From Poseidonia sp. (GTDB lineage Archaea > Thermoplasmatota > Poseidoniia > Poseidoniales > Poseidoniaceae): 64,000 nt of DNA. Under the pieces are notes generated by a model. That model was given only the letters and a program-made list of their open reading frames with translations. It was not told the origin of the DNA and made no database searches. This document shows positions 50,565-60,727 of this stretch, piece after piece. Made by a program: the position numbers and the translations under genes. The DNA lies in assembly GCA_016778305.1 (NCBI GenBank), contig JADHPT010000009.1:5608-69607 (forward strand). Reading direction: 5' to 3'. How positions within the stretch are numbered: position 1 is the stretch's first letter; the number at the start of each line of letters is the position of its first letter.

Positions 50565-51461
50565 CTATTGGTGCCTTGGTGGCTTGGATAAATGAATCGA
50601 TGAGATCGTCGACCAGGGGATATTTTCTGGCGTTTTCCGTCCAACAACATGCATGCGCAGAACTGCTCCGTGAGGCAAAGTCGCTTTGAGGTGCTGACCG
50701 CCATGGGCCAACTCAACAGAACTCGGCGAAGTGGCAAAGAGGGAGAAAAGGCCGTTATTGTGGGCAACATCAGCCAATAATGGAACGGTTCTCGCAGCCT
50801 GCCATTCTCTGACGGCATCGCCCAAGCCAAGGTCCAAAACGTCGCCTTTGCACGTTAAGCCGCCATTCAACTTCACTTCATCCCATGTCCCAAAACCATC
50901 AATGGTCTCGAGCAGCGCTTCGTTTAATGTTCCAGGTTTTTCCGTTTCAAGCATTGAGATAAAACCCCGCTCATCCTTGATGATGCTACTGAGTAGGTGG
51001 ACGTTTTCAGGCCAATCCAGATTCCGGTTTGTGAATGCGAGAACGACCCGTACGTCGACATCATCGTCGTTGCCAATACGCTCCTGGTGCATGGCGATGA
51101 GCATGCGTGACTTCCTTGCAATGCGTTGATTGACCGTACTGTGATTGTGACTGGTTCCGTTTTTTCGCTGTTGAATGAACTCTTCCTCAGCGTTGATGAG
51201 AAAGGTGCCAGACCAATGTTTCTGTTCGACGACCAACAGACTGTTTCCACCCACGACAACAAGGTCAATTTCACGCATCCCACCTTGTTCCTCGTCGGGA
51301 ATACGAACCGATTCAAACACATGCCACCCGTTCTCTTTCCCTGCAGCCCGGGAAATCCTGGCTAAACGCTGTTCTGCCATTTCGCCGGCCCGGTGAATAT
51401 CATCGGGAGGGTGCACACGCCGCCGTTCACGCCACCAAGACCAGCGTGTAGACAACTTCAT
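50565..51461 (-). CDS. NERD (nuclease-related) domain protein
   Basis: AGEMAE, VRIPD, REIDLVVV and VVEQKHWSG motifs. Confidence 0.85.
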   Translation of the reverse strand: MKLSTRWSWWRERRRVHPPDDIHRAGEMAEQRLARISRAAGKENGWHVFESVRIPDEEQGGMREIDLVVVGGNSLLVVEQKHWSGTFLINAEEEFIQQRKNGTSHNHSTVNQRIARKSRMLIAMHQERIGNDDDVDVRVVLAFTNRNLDWPENVHLLSSIIKDERGFISMLETEKPGTLNEALLETIDGFGTWDEVKLNGGLTCKGDVLDLGLGDAVREWQAARTVPLLADVAHNNGLFSLFATSPSSVELAHGGQHLKATLPHGAVLRMHVVGRKTPENIPWSTISSIHLSKPPRHQ

Positions 51462-51465
51462 GATG

Positions 51466-52257
51466 TCACCGCAACAATTCATCAACGCTGTTGACGATGA
51501 CGGTCGGACGTTGTTCAGCGCCCTCGGGCAAAGCATCAACGTCGGCTTGGGTTGCCTCGCCTGAGAGGACGAGGACGCCCACCACACCAGCCCGAGAGGC
51601 CATGGCCATATCGGTGTACAAACGATCACCGACCATAGCGCAGCGAGCTGGCTCAAGGCCCAACGCCTCAATTTTGTGAAGAATCATGCCAGGGTTGGGC
51701 TTCCCTGTGATGTGCTCTGGGTCAACTCCAGTCGTAGTCTTGAACATGGCGAGATAGGCGCCAACATCAGGCAAGCCTCCATCGGGGCTCGGGCAGACCA
51801 TGTCGGGGTGACTTGCAACCAATGGTACACCAGCATGCATGTGAATGCTTGCCCGTGCGATTTTATCATAGGTTAATTCGGTATCGTAGCCAAGCACAAC
51901 ATATCGCGGCTGCTCACTTGTTGTTGAAATACCGGCTGACTCCAGCATGGAGCGCATCCCTTCGGTGCCTACCAACCAGGTCTCAGATATCTGGTTTTTT
52001 GCCAGCCAAGCCAGCAAATCATGAGTTGAAAGAAGAACATCCTCCTCGTTCGCTGCAAGCCCCAAGTGGTGTAACTTCACGAGATATTGTTCAACCGATT
52101 TTGAAGAATTATTGGAGAGGAAGAAACGCTGAACACCCTGCTCCTGACATCGGTCAAGGAAGGCCTTGGCTCCGTCAATCAACTCGCCTCCAAGGTAGAT
52201 GGTGCCGTCCAGATCAAGGAATACAGCATCGACATCGGTGAGTGTTGCATCCATCAT
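51466..52257 (-). CDS. HAD-IIA family hydrolase (NagD-like)
   Basis: DLDGTIY, LSNNS, GKPN and MVGDRLYTD motifs. Confidence 0.92.
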   Translation of the reverse strand: MMDATLTDVDAVFLDLDGTIYLGGELIDGAKAFLDRCQEQGVQRFFLSNNSSKSVEQYLVKLHHLGLAANEEDVLLSTHDLLAWLAKNQISETWLVGTEGMRSMLESAGISTTSEQPRYVVLGYDTELTYDKIARASIHMHAGVPLVASHPDMVCPSPDGGLPDVGAYLAMFKTTTGVDPEHITGKPNPGMILHKIEALGLEPARCAMVGDRLYTDMAMASRAGVVGVLVLSGEATQADVDALPEGAEQRPTVIVNSVDELLR

Positions 52258-52263
52258 CTTCCC

Positions 52264-53643
52264 TCAGAACATCAAGGTCTTGAACATGAACCATGGTGAA
52301 TGCAGATTTTCCTGCGCCTCTTTGCTTGCAATCATTTCAGTCATCATTTCTTGAATAGCAGGCTTTTTCGAGGCTTTTCCAACAAACCAGTTCAACAACC
52401 AGGCACGCCGACTCATTTTCTGCATTCGGAACGAATTGGTCAACTCGGGGCCGAGTGCAGCCCAAAGAGCATCTTGATACGCCTCTGGTGTTTTCTCGTT
52501 GAGAATATGATCTGCGGCCATTTCGCCACTTACGAGAGCATTACCAACACCTTCCCCACTGAAGGGGTCGACCAATGATGCGGCGTCGCCAACGAGGAAA
52601 ACGCCGTTTGCAGATGAGCGGCGCGGTTGGTTACTCGCCTTTTTGCGAGGTGAGCCGAACGGGAGCTGCCACCCCTTACCGGTTCCTGGAATCATACTGG
52701 CTTCGGCAAACCTGTCCTTGAACAGTGGATGTTCGTGAATCACTTCATGTTGAAGCAACTTGAGTTTCTTCTTCTGCTTGTCAAGTAAGGACATCACCAT
52801 GCCTATGCCGACGTTGACCACGCCTTCGGAAACGGGGAAGAGCCAGAAATAACCTGGGATCACAGTATCAACGAAGTGAATTTCAATGTCTCCGACATTT
52901 GCCTCACATCCTTTGACGCCTCGCCAATATTCGCGGTATCCTGCGCAATAGTGGTCCCGGTCCACCATTTCTTCTCCATAAGTCTCCTCAACCATCGATT
53001 TAGCGACAGGGCATCGATAGCCAGCAGCTCCGATGATGTTGGTAGCATAATAGGTACGCTCCTCGCCCTTTCGCCCACCGATGCGAACAACGATTCCTTT
53101 GGCATGGCGCTTTGATTGAGAACCTTCACCGGGGTCTTCCCCGCCTGCCCCATCATCGTAGAGAACATCACGAACATCTCCACCCTGGATGATTGCACCA
53201 CCAGCATCTCTTACGAGGGTTTGAACTTGGTTGAAGAGGATGTGGTCAAATTGTTGGCGAGGCAGAGAATAGCCAGCCTCCAGACGAGCAACGTCTTCTT
53301 CTGGTAGTGCGACCCGAACAGTATGCCCTTTGGGCGAGGAAAACAGAATCCCAGTAACACGGAAGTGAGGCGTAGATTCGAGATGTTCTTTCACTCCAAG
53401 TCGTTTAACATGACTTAGTGATTTACCGCCCACTGCATCACCACAGATTTTGTCACGGGGCCACGTTTCTTTCTCAATCAGCAACACCCGCTTGCCTTCC
53501 ATGGCAAGGTAGCCAGCAGCAGAAGACCCGCCGGGCCCGCCGCCAACGACAATGGCATCGTAGGTACCTTCTGCGTCAGGGGTTTCTCCAGAGTCAATGG
53601 GTTGTTTCCAAGAAACATCGTCTCCCGTCCTCGGTGCGCCCAT
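52264..53643 (-). CDS. geranylgeranyl reductase family FAD-dependent oxidoreductase
   Basis: VVGGGPGGS, PRDKICGD, GYFWLFP and VGDAASLVDPFSGEG motifs. Confidence 0.9.
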   Translation of the reverse strand: MGAPRTGDDVSWKQPIDSGETPDAEGTYDAIVVGGGPGGSSAAGYLAMEGKRVLLIEKETWPRDKICGDAVGGKSLSHVKRLGVKEHLESTPHFRVTGILFSSPKGHTVRVALPEEDVARLEAGYSLPRQQFDHILFNQVQTLVRDAGGAIIQGGDVRDVLYDDGAGGEDPGEGSQSKRHAKGIVVRIGGRKGEERTYYATNIIGAAGYRCPVAKSMVEETYGEEMVDRDHYCAGYREYWRGVKGCEANVGDIEIHFVDTVIPGYFWLFPVSEGVVNVGIGMVMSLLDKQKKKLKLLQHEVIHEHPLFKDRFAEASMIPGTGKGWQLPFGSPRKKASNQPRRSSANGVFLVGDAASLVDPFSGEGVGNALVSGEMAADHILNEKTPEAYQDALWAALGPELTNSFRMQKMSRRAWLLNWFVGKASKKPAIQEMMTEMIASKEAQENLHSPWFMFKTLMF

Positions 53644-53690
53644 GACAGGAATGGAGAGGGGGCGCCCTTTGAGGATATGCTTTCAAGACG

Positions 53691-54719
53691 ATGATGTACC
53701 GCCACACTCATGACCTCTCGGCCATTGGTCGTACCATGGATGAAGTCGCCCGAGAAGCCGGTGTTGACTACCATCCGCAACGGCGTAAAGCCGCTCTCGT
53801 TTTATTGAGCGTCACCTTGATCTGGGGTGCGACCTTCATCTGGATGAAACAAGCACTCAATGCCCTTCAGCCAGAAATAGCTGATTACGGGACCTTTCCG
53901 GTAGTCGCTTTTCTTGTTGCTGGGCGTTTCTTCATCGCAATGGTATTGGTTCTGCTGTTCTTCTCAAAAGCGAGAGAAGGCCTGCAAGCCCGAGCCATGT
54001 GGAAGGGTGGGAGTGTACTTGGCGGCGTTATGCTGATCGGTTTCGTCACACAAATGGTTGCATTGGACGACATCAACCCCTCAACATCAGCCTTTCTCAC
54101 ATCACTCTATGTCGTGATGACGGCCTTGTTGACGGTTCGAATGGCTGAACATCCTCCCCGCAGAGCGCTGTACTGGGGCGTCTTCATGGCAACCTTTGGG
54201 GCGGGCTTCATCGAAGGGCCGCCTCATCTATCGTGGGGGTGGGGTGAACTCGCCACGGTATGTTCAGCATTCTTCTTCGCCCTTCATATCGTATTCACTC
54301 AACATTTCACCCAGCGTTTTGATCCGATTGGATTGACAGCTACGTCCTTCGTATTCATTACGGCAGGTTGTCTTTTTCTGGCCCTTTTATCCACGCCATC
54401 ACTCCCTGCCATGGCCAGCGACATCCTTTCTCGCGAAGGTGTTTTGTTGCCCCTATTCTTGCTGGGACTTGGAGGCTCGTTCTTTTGCCTCCTCGCCCTC
54501 AATCTTTTCCAGCGATACATGCACCCCGTTCAAGCGGCCATTATCTATGCATTTGAACCGGTTTGGGCTACGATCTTTGGTCTCGGTTTGGATCTCGTCA
54601 CCTGGACGCTCTGGATACCCCTTGGCGGCGGTATTCTTCTTGCCGGCAATATCATGGTTGAATTGACCACGCCGCATGAATCGTTCAAAACCGAGCAAGA
54701 AAATGAGCAGAACTCTTGA
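53691..54719 (+). CDS. DMT/EamA family transporter
   Basis: IWGATF, SAFLTSLYVV and AAIIYAFEPVWA motifs; about 10 TM helices. True start may be slightly downstream. Confidence 0.9.
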   Translation: MMYRHTHDLSAIGRTMDEVAREAGVDYHPQRRKAALVLLSVTLIWGATFIWMKQALNALQPEIADYGTFPVVAFLVAGRFFIAMVLVLLFFSKAREGLQARAMWKGGSVLGGVMLIGFVTQMVALDDINPSTSAFLTSLYVVMTALLTVRMAEHPPRRALYWGVFMATFGAGFIEGPPHLSWGWGELATVCSAFFFALHIVFTQHFTQRFDPIGLTATSFVFITAGCLFLALLSTPSLPAMASDILSREGVLLPLFLLGLGGSFFCLLALNLFQRYMHPVQAAIIYAFEPVWATIFGLGLDLVTWTLWIPLGGGILLAGNIMVELTTPHESFKTEQENEQNS

Positions 54720-54754
54720 AAGAGCGACAGGAATTGGTCTGCTTGTTGGCCTAC

Positions 54755-55927
54755 ATGTCAGATGACGACGAAAACCACCGTTTTGCCACGCACACCGTTC
54801 ACAGTGGAACGCAGCACATCGGCGACGCCGTCAACACACCTATCTTCCAATCATCAACGTACAAATTGACCGATGAACGATATGCTGGCTGGGCTGCAGG
54901 CGCACAGCATACACTTCTCTACGCTCGCCTTTCTTCAGTCAACTCCGATGCCGTCGCTCAAAAACTGATAGCGCTTGAGCATGGCGAGGATGCCGAAGTA
55001 TTCGCATCAGGCATGGCGGCAATCTCCACTACACTGCTGGCTCTGCTCAATCAAGGCGACCACATGGTCGCCAGCCCAGATGTCTACGGCGGCACCTACG
55101 GGCTTCTGACTGAGGAATTACCGCGCTTTGGAATCTCAACGACCATGGCTGACATGCGAGACCCAGCCTCTTACGAGGCAGCCATTCAACCCAATACGAA
55201 ATTGCTGTACATCGAGACCTTGACCAACCCCGTGCTCAAGGTGTGCGATATTTCCGCCATGGCCGAAGTGGCGAAACGTCACAATCTCCTGCTTCTGATC
55301 GACAATACCTTCGCATCCCCGTGGGGATGTCAACCCTTAGTCCTCGGTGCAGATTTAGTCATACATTCTACCACCAAATACCTCGGAGGTCACTCAGACA
55401 TTATCGGCGGAGCCGTTGTTGGCCCGAAGGACCTCATCGCTCAGATTTTCATGCGAAAGGTCCACTTTGGAGGCAGCCCCGACCCTCATGCCTGCTACCT
55501 TCTCGAACGAGGTATGCGTACACTTGATGTTCGTATGCCCCGTATTTGTGAAAATGCAGCAACGGTTGCAGAGCGCTTGGAACAACATGACGCCATCGAG
55601 ACCGTCTATCACACCAGCCTCGAGAGTCACCCTGATTTCGAAGTCGCTCAACGAACCATGCCAAAAGGCTCAGGCATGGTAGCCTTCGTCGTCAAGGGCG
55701 GTGACGAAGCGGCCTTGAACTTCATGCGCAGCCTCAACATTATCTACGAAGCAACCAGCCTGGGTGGCGTTGAATCATTGATTGAATGCCCGTTTAATTC
55801 CAGCCACATGTTCGTACCTGAGGACGTTCGTGTAGCTGCAGGCGTCGTGCCAGGCTTTGTTCGACTGAGCATTGGCATTGAGGACGTTGAAGATTTGTGG
55901 CAGGATATTGACCAAGCCTTGGCTTGA
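54755..55927 (+). CDS. PLP-dependent trans-sulfuration enzyme (cystathionine gamma-lyase/synthase or methionine gamma-lyase family)
   Basis: TPIFQSST, FASGMAAI, YGGT, DNTFA, HSTTKYLGGHSD, SLGGVESL and RLSIGIED motifs. Confidence 0.92.
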   Translation: MSDDDENHRFATHTVHSGTQHIGDAVNTPIFQSSTYKLTDERYAGWAAGAQHTLLYARLSSVNSDAVAQKLIALEHGEDAEVFASGMAAISTTLLALLNQGDHMVASPDVYGGTYGLLTEELPRFGISTTMADMRDPASYEAAIQPNTKLLYIETLTNPVLKVCDISAMAEVAKRHNLLLLIDNTFASPWGCQPLVLGADLVIHSTTKYLGGHSDIIGGAVVGPKDLIAQIFMRKVHFGGSPDPHACYLLERGMRTLDVRMPRICENAATVAERLEQHDAIETVYHTSLESHPDFEVAQRTMPKGSGMVAFVVKGGDEAALNFMRSLNIIYEATSLGGVESLIECPFNSSHMFVPEDVRVAAGVVPGFVRLSIGIEDVEDLWQDIDQALA

Positions 55928-55929
55928 TC

Positions 55930-57675
55930 TCATTCGCCCGTGGTTGCACGCAGCGTACTCAAAGCGATGTTCCACTTTTCTTGAAGCCCACTGACGTCAT
56001 CTGCTTCAGCGTTGAGCAATTCTTGACCGATTTCATTCAAGGCAGTTGTCGCCTGCGACCAAGCACCACCTCGGTCTCGAGCATTGTTATCGAAGTGCCA
56101 CTCCTGGCCTCTTGAGCGGCCCACTGCCATCAGCCACGCCCATGCAGCCGCTGCTTCGTCTACGCTGTTGTGGCGGGCCGTTGCGAGGCGTTCGACGCCA
56201 CCCATGCCCGTGGTCAACCCTTTGACGATGAAGGACGTGATCATGTTCGTTGCCACCCCTGCTTCCTCCATGGAAGGGAAGCGGGATTTTTGTAGAGCCA
56301 GCGCCTTCGCCTGATCGAGCCCTTTCAAGAATTTTCCATATGCCTTGGGGGTGTTGAGTTGGTCTTCCCAAATAGCGTGAGCATCTTCACCTTCGAGACC
56401 TACATAGGCCAAACTCTTCTCTCCGTGGGTCTCCCACAAGGCATTGAGAATATCGCCACAGGTAACTCCCGCCATTACGCGCAAACATCCTGTTTCACGA
56501 GCTTCCGCTCCTCCCTTTGCCTCAATGCGAAGCGCCTGAGTTTCTTCGGTAGGCTCCAAGAGAGCAAGGCGGAGAATTTCAGCGGTTAATCCCTGTTCTT
56601 CTTTGGAACCAGACACGTCAACCAAGGACTCATGAATGGCTTCAAATGAAGTTCCATCAAGCCACGTTTCTCCTATCAATAATCCTTCATCAATACCTTC
56701 GAGGACGGTTTGTTTAATCGCCGAGCCAACCAGTCCCTCGTTCATCGTCAAGCCCTGCCATGCGTCAACGATTCTGTCAATACCTTCGATACAAGGCTTA
56801 GGTAATGGCGTCTCTGTTGGCCACCCCTTTGGAGCCCAATGCGCTTCAACGGTGAGGATGGAAGGCAAGAGCGGAGGAAGCATCGATAGGGCGAGGTGGT
56901 GAATGAAGGGGGGGTCTTTTTTGGTAAACGATGCGATGGCTTCGAAGCCAAGATACACCTCTGGGCCGTGATGGAACTTGATTTTCACATAACCTGCCTT
57001 TGTAGGATGGCCCTGCGTTGCCAGGGCCTGGTCAACATCTTCTGTCGCCCACACGACGTTGTCGTCTGAACGAGATTTCTCAAGGTCGAAGCGGGAGCGT
57101 GATAGAACGTCGCCCAACCACGCTTCTGGCGGCTTTGGCTTCGGGCCTGTGCAGACAAAGCCACCGTCCCAACTGAAGAAGTACATCCCGCGTTTTGCGT
57201 GTTCTTCCCAAGGCAGCATGCGCAGCGTAAGGTGACTGTAATTTTGGATCCCTGCGAGGTACCCGGGCTTTCCATCACCTCTTCGAATGTAGGATGCAGA
57301 TCCAAAGGACGATGATTTGAACTGCCCGACCATGGTGAATTGCTCGTCATGAGTTGCGTGCAATGATCCAGCGAATGCCTTCGACACGGGGTCGCCTCGT
57401 TTGGCCATCATTCGCTTGGAGAGCCACTTGACGTCATCCTTTTTCTTGATGATACGCTCGAGGTCGCGCAGCGTTTTGGTAACTGGATCTGTCCTTCCCC
57501 ATCGCATTCTCCCTTCAAAGGTCATGGCCGGGAGGTGCCCACGAGGGTTCTCTTGGAACTGCTTGAGTTGTTTTGCCAACTTCTTGGAGGTGGCTTCGTT
57601 GGCTTGTTTGGTACCCCGCATTTTCACGCGTTGTTTCTTTTTGCCGGGAAATTCCACTTTGGATGGTGCCGCCAT
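55930..57675 (-). CDS. hypothetical protein
   Basis: About 580-aa ORF with a basic N-terminus; no family motif recognised. Confidence 0.75.
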   Translation of the reverse strand: MAAPSKVEFPGKKKQRVKMRGTKQANEATSKKLAKQLKQFQENPRGHLPAMTFEGRMRWGRTDPVTKTLRDLERIIKKKDDVKWLSKRMMAKRGDPVSKAFAGSLHATHDEQFTMVGQFKSSSFGSASYIRRGDGKPGYLAGIQNYSHLTLRMLPWEEHAKRGMYFFSWDGGFVCTGPKPKPPEAWLGDVLSRSRFDLEKSRSDDNVVWATEDVDQALATQGHPTKAGYVKIKFHHGPEVYLGFEAIASFTKKDPPFIHHLALSMLPPLLPSILTVEAHWAPKGWPTETPLPKPCIEGIDRIVDAWQGLTMNEGLVGSAIKQTVLEGIDEGLLIGETWLDGTSFEAIHESLVDVSGSKEEQGLTAEILRLALLEPTEETQALRIEAKGGAEARETGCLRVMAGVTCGDILNALWETHGEKSLAYVGLEGEDAHAIWEDQLNTPKAYGKFLKGLDQAKALALQKSRFPSMEEAGVATNMITSFIVKGLTTGMGGVERLATARHNSVDEAAAAWAWLMAVGRSRGQEWHFDNNARDRGGAWSQATTALNEIGQELLNAEADDVSGLQEKWNIALSTLRATTGE

Positions 57676-57774
57676 GATGCTCCCCAACCCACGCGGCTCG
57701 GTGGTGAGGTTTGAGTGCTTCTATGGGGAGTTGCGTTCGCAAAGGCCAAAGATAAGAGGCACACCTCGCTTGTC

Positions 57775-58626
57775 ATGGTGACGGTCACGCTGCTGGGAAC
57801 CGCCCAAGATGGCGGACGCCCGCAAGCAGGCTGTCAATTGGATTGCTGCAGCGACTTGAGCCCGGACAAATACCGCTACCCGGTCAGTTTGGGTATCGTT
57901 GATCAAAATGGCCACGGACATCTTATTGAGGCGACGAGGTCTCTTGCAGACCAACTCAAACTTTGGAAGCACCCTTCAATTCACTCAGTCGCATTGACCC
58001 ATGCACATTTCGGTCATGTCGATGGGCTCGGTCTGTTCGGAAAAGAAACGCTCAACGCCAAAGGATTAGCCCTGTATCTCTCCTCTTCAATGCAACGTTT
58101 GGTTGAGGCAACGCCACAATGGAACTTGATGGTGGAGGACGGCGTTTTTGTTCCCCGTCCGATCGCTGGGGGGCAAGACGTCCTCCTCGGCGAGGGGTGC
58201 CTCCTCGAAGCAGTTGAAGTCCCCCACCGTGCCGAACTTTCTGACATGCATGCCTTCATCGTCCGGGGGCCCAACCGAAGCCTCCTTTTTCTCCCCGACC
58301 ATGACCGATGGGCGGCCACGCTCGCCTTCCACCAGAGCGCCAGCATACGAGCATGGCTCAAGGGTATGGAAGTTGATATCGCCCTCATCGATGGGACCTT
58401 TTGGAGTGCAGACGAACTTTCAGGACGCAATCAGAATGAGATTCCTCATCCACCCGTTCAAGAGACGCTTCAGAGCCTTGGCAAGCGTCATGCAGACGAC
58501 CCAGAAATCCATTTCATCCACCTCAATCACACCAACCCGCTTCACGAAGAAGGATCAACACAGCATCACGAAGTTACCAACCTTGGGTGGGGCGTGGCTC
58601 AACAAGGAATGACGTTCACGTTGTAG
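57775..58626 (+). CDS. PqqB-like metallo-beta-lactamase fold hydrolase
   Basis: LLGTAQDGGRPQAGC, THAHFGH, VPHR, PDHD, DGTFW and HLNHTNP motifs. Confidence 0.85.
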   Translation: MVTVTLLGTAQDGGRPQAGCQLDCCSDLSPDKYRYPVSLGIVDQNGHGHLIEATRSLADQLKLWKHPSIHSVALTHAHFGHVDGLGLFGKETLNAKGLALYLSSSMQRLVEATPQWNLMVEDGVFVPRPIAGGQDVLLGEGCLLEAVEVPHRAELSDMHAFIVRGPNRSLLFLPDHDRWAATLAFHQSASIRAWLKGMEVDIALIDGTFWSADELSGRNQNEIPHPPVQETLQSLGKRHADDPEIHFIHLNHTNPLHEEGSTQHHEVTNLGWGVAQQGMTFTL

Positions 58627-60727
58627 CCGGCGTCATACCGCTGGGTTGAAAGACCAACATGCGGAGGGTTACAACGACATTTTCACTGTTGTCTCCACCG
58701 AACAAGTTTCCATTATTTACCTCAAGCGAGACATCCATGTTGACGGTGCCAACCATTTCAGGACTCGTTCCGAGGAATTCCAATACCTCAATCAACTCAC
58801 TTTCCGTACCGTTCAATTCGTAGTCCCCCGTACCGTTTCCAGCATACTGGGTGAGGTCGGTGTTGGGACGAATGCTTCCAACAACAGTCGTCGTGTCGCA
58901 TCCAGTTGTCGTGCGTGTTGCATCATCACTCTCGGACATTGGCCCAGCAAGGCTGCTGTAATCAGGACTCGTAATCACATCGTCACACGCTGAAGTGACG
59001 GTTTCACCCGTGTCACTGTACGTGACGGTCAACTCTGCGAGCAGGACCGCTGTCATCATTTCATCGATGGTAACCGAGAACGTTTGCGTTTCACCATCTG
59101 CAAGTGAGAGGGTCTGAGACTCGGTCCATTCACTGACGGTATAACTGAGGACATAGTCGCCGTTGCCTGAACTTGCTCCATCACTGTCCGGTGCAAACGT
59201 TTGGTAGGAGCCTTCTACCACAGCAAAAGAAGCAAATAAAATGCCTGCGGCAATAGCCATCGTCTTTTGGGTTGGTACGGCGTAACGACCAAAGGGATTG
59301 CTTACCGAATCATTTCGTAACCAACAGAAGCTAAAGTGGACGGCAAACGCTGCTCCCATCCCCGGAACTGATGGAAAAACCTCGTCTCCGTAGCCCAAAA
59401 GGGACCAAATCACAACTGCACTCATGGCAGCGATCATCATCGAGATCGAATGCATCGTATCGGGTTCATAGCCAGCCATGCGAATCAAGATCAAGGGTAC
59501 AAAAATTCCACCCAAGCCGTATACCGCTAAGACCACGAGGGCAAATACAGAGTCGCCAAAACCAGGGAAGCCCTGGCCAACCAATGAGATCAGGGTCGCA
59601 AACATGGCGACGATCAGCGTGACTCGCTTGGTCGTCTTGTGGTCTTGACTCCATTCGGGACGCACGTCATCGGTGATGGCGGCGGTGCAAGCCAGCACTT
59701 GACTGTCGGCAGTTGACATGGTAGCAGCAAAAATCGATGCGAGAATCAACCCGCCGAGGAAGGGGCTGAGTTCCGTCATGGCCAACTGTGGCAACCCACT
59801 CTCTGCACCCTCTGCTCCCAGTTCGGGAAGGAGGACACGGCAAGCCAGTCCAATAAGGAACATGAGGATGATAAAAGGCGTTTGCCAAACGAAAAACCAG
59901 ACCATCGCTTGCTTACGATCGTTATCGTCTTTCAGGGTCATGACACGTGATACGACCTGAGGTTGGCCGGCAACACCGAGGCCTCCGAGGAAAAAGGCAG
60001 CAATCCAGAGTGTAGCTCCAAACATGAGGCCGCTCGGGAACACGTTGACCATAGCCGGATCGATGGCGTTCAGTTCATTGTGCAATCCAGACAAGCCGCC
60101 CGTGCCCTTGAGGGCGACGACGCACAGGATGGTTGAACCGACGATCATCACACACGACTGAGCAGCATCCGTCCAAATTGAGGCACGAATACCTCCGGCG
60201 TAACAGTAGGCGACGACCAGTACGAAGCCGATGAGGATTCCAATGATTTCTGACCAGCCAAGCATGGTTTGGAGGGCAACTCCGCCCGCAGTGAGTTGGG
60301 CTGCGGCATAAATAGATAGGAAAATCACCGAGAGAACTGCGGCGACTTTGGCTTCTGGTGAACCAGCGGTCTTCGAAACAAGCGAAGACAACGAGCGAAT
60401 GCCTCGTTCCTCGCCTTCTTGCTGAATGTACTTGTACAGCCAAATCCAAGCGACGAGTTGTCCGATGGTAGAGATCAAGGCAATCCAAATCGCGGAATAT
60501 CCTTTAATGAAGATGAAGCCGATGAAACCGATGAACATGTAGCCCGAATTCCACGTACTCACCGCACTGAGTGCGGCCAATGCGGGGTGCATTCCTCTAC
60601 CTGCGACGAGGTAGTCATCGGTCGTGTCTTCTTTGACTCGCATCGAAGCAAGGCCAACGCCAGCGAAGAGGCCCATGAAGAGCAAGAAGGAAAGGAGGAG
60701 GGACACGTCATTGGATAGGCCGAACAT
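58616..60727 (-). CDS. sodium:solute (proline-type) symporter with C-terminal extracellular extension
   Basis: DYLVAGR, LSAVSTWNSG, GGIRASIWTD, GQPQVVSR and FAATMSTADSQ motifs. Confidence 0.9.
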   Translation of the reverse strand: MFGLSNDVSLLLSFLLFMGLFAGVGLASMRVKEDTTDDYLVAGRGMHPALAALSAVSTWNSGYMFIGFIGFIFIKGYSAIWIALISTIGQLVAWIWLYKYIQQEGEERGIRSLSSLVSKTAGSPEAKVAAVLSVIFLSIYAAAQLTAGGVALQTMLGWSEIIGILIGFVLVVAYCYAGGIRASIWTDAAQSCVMIVGSTILCVVALKGTGGLSGLHNELNAIDPAMVNVFPSGLMFGATLWIAAFFLGGLGVAGQPQVVSRVMTLKDDNDRKQAMVWFFVWQTPFIILMFLIGLACRVLLPELGAEGAESGLPQLAMTELSPFLGGLILASIFAATMSTADSQVLACTAAITDDVRPEWSQDHKTTKRVTLIVAMFATLISLVGQGFPGFGDSVFALVVLAVYGLGGIFVPLILIRMAGYEPDTMHSISMMIAAMSAVVIWSLLGYGDEVFPSVPGMGAAFAVHFSFCWLRNDSVSNPFGRYAVPTQKTMAIAAGILFASFAVVEGSYQTFAPDSDGASSGNGDYVLSYTVSEWTESQTLSLADGETQTFSVTIDEMMTAVLLAELTVTYSDTGETVTSACDDVITSPDYSSLAGPMSESDDATRTTTGCDTTTVVGSIRPNTDLTQYAGNGTGDYELNGTESELIEVLEFLGTSPEMVGTVNMDVSLEVNNGNLFGGDNSENVVVTLRMLVFQPSGMTPATT

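Noticed and set aside
50565-51461. NERD nuclease as part of a defence island
   Set aside because: It is a stand-alone gene among housekeeping genes with typical composition, and has no helicase, methylase or integrase partner.
57775-58626. PQQ biosynthesis cluster
   Set aside because: Only a PqqB-like fold is present; there is no precursor peptide, pqqC or radical SAM gene nearby.
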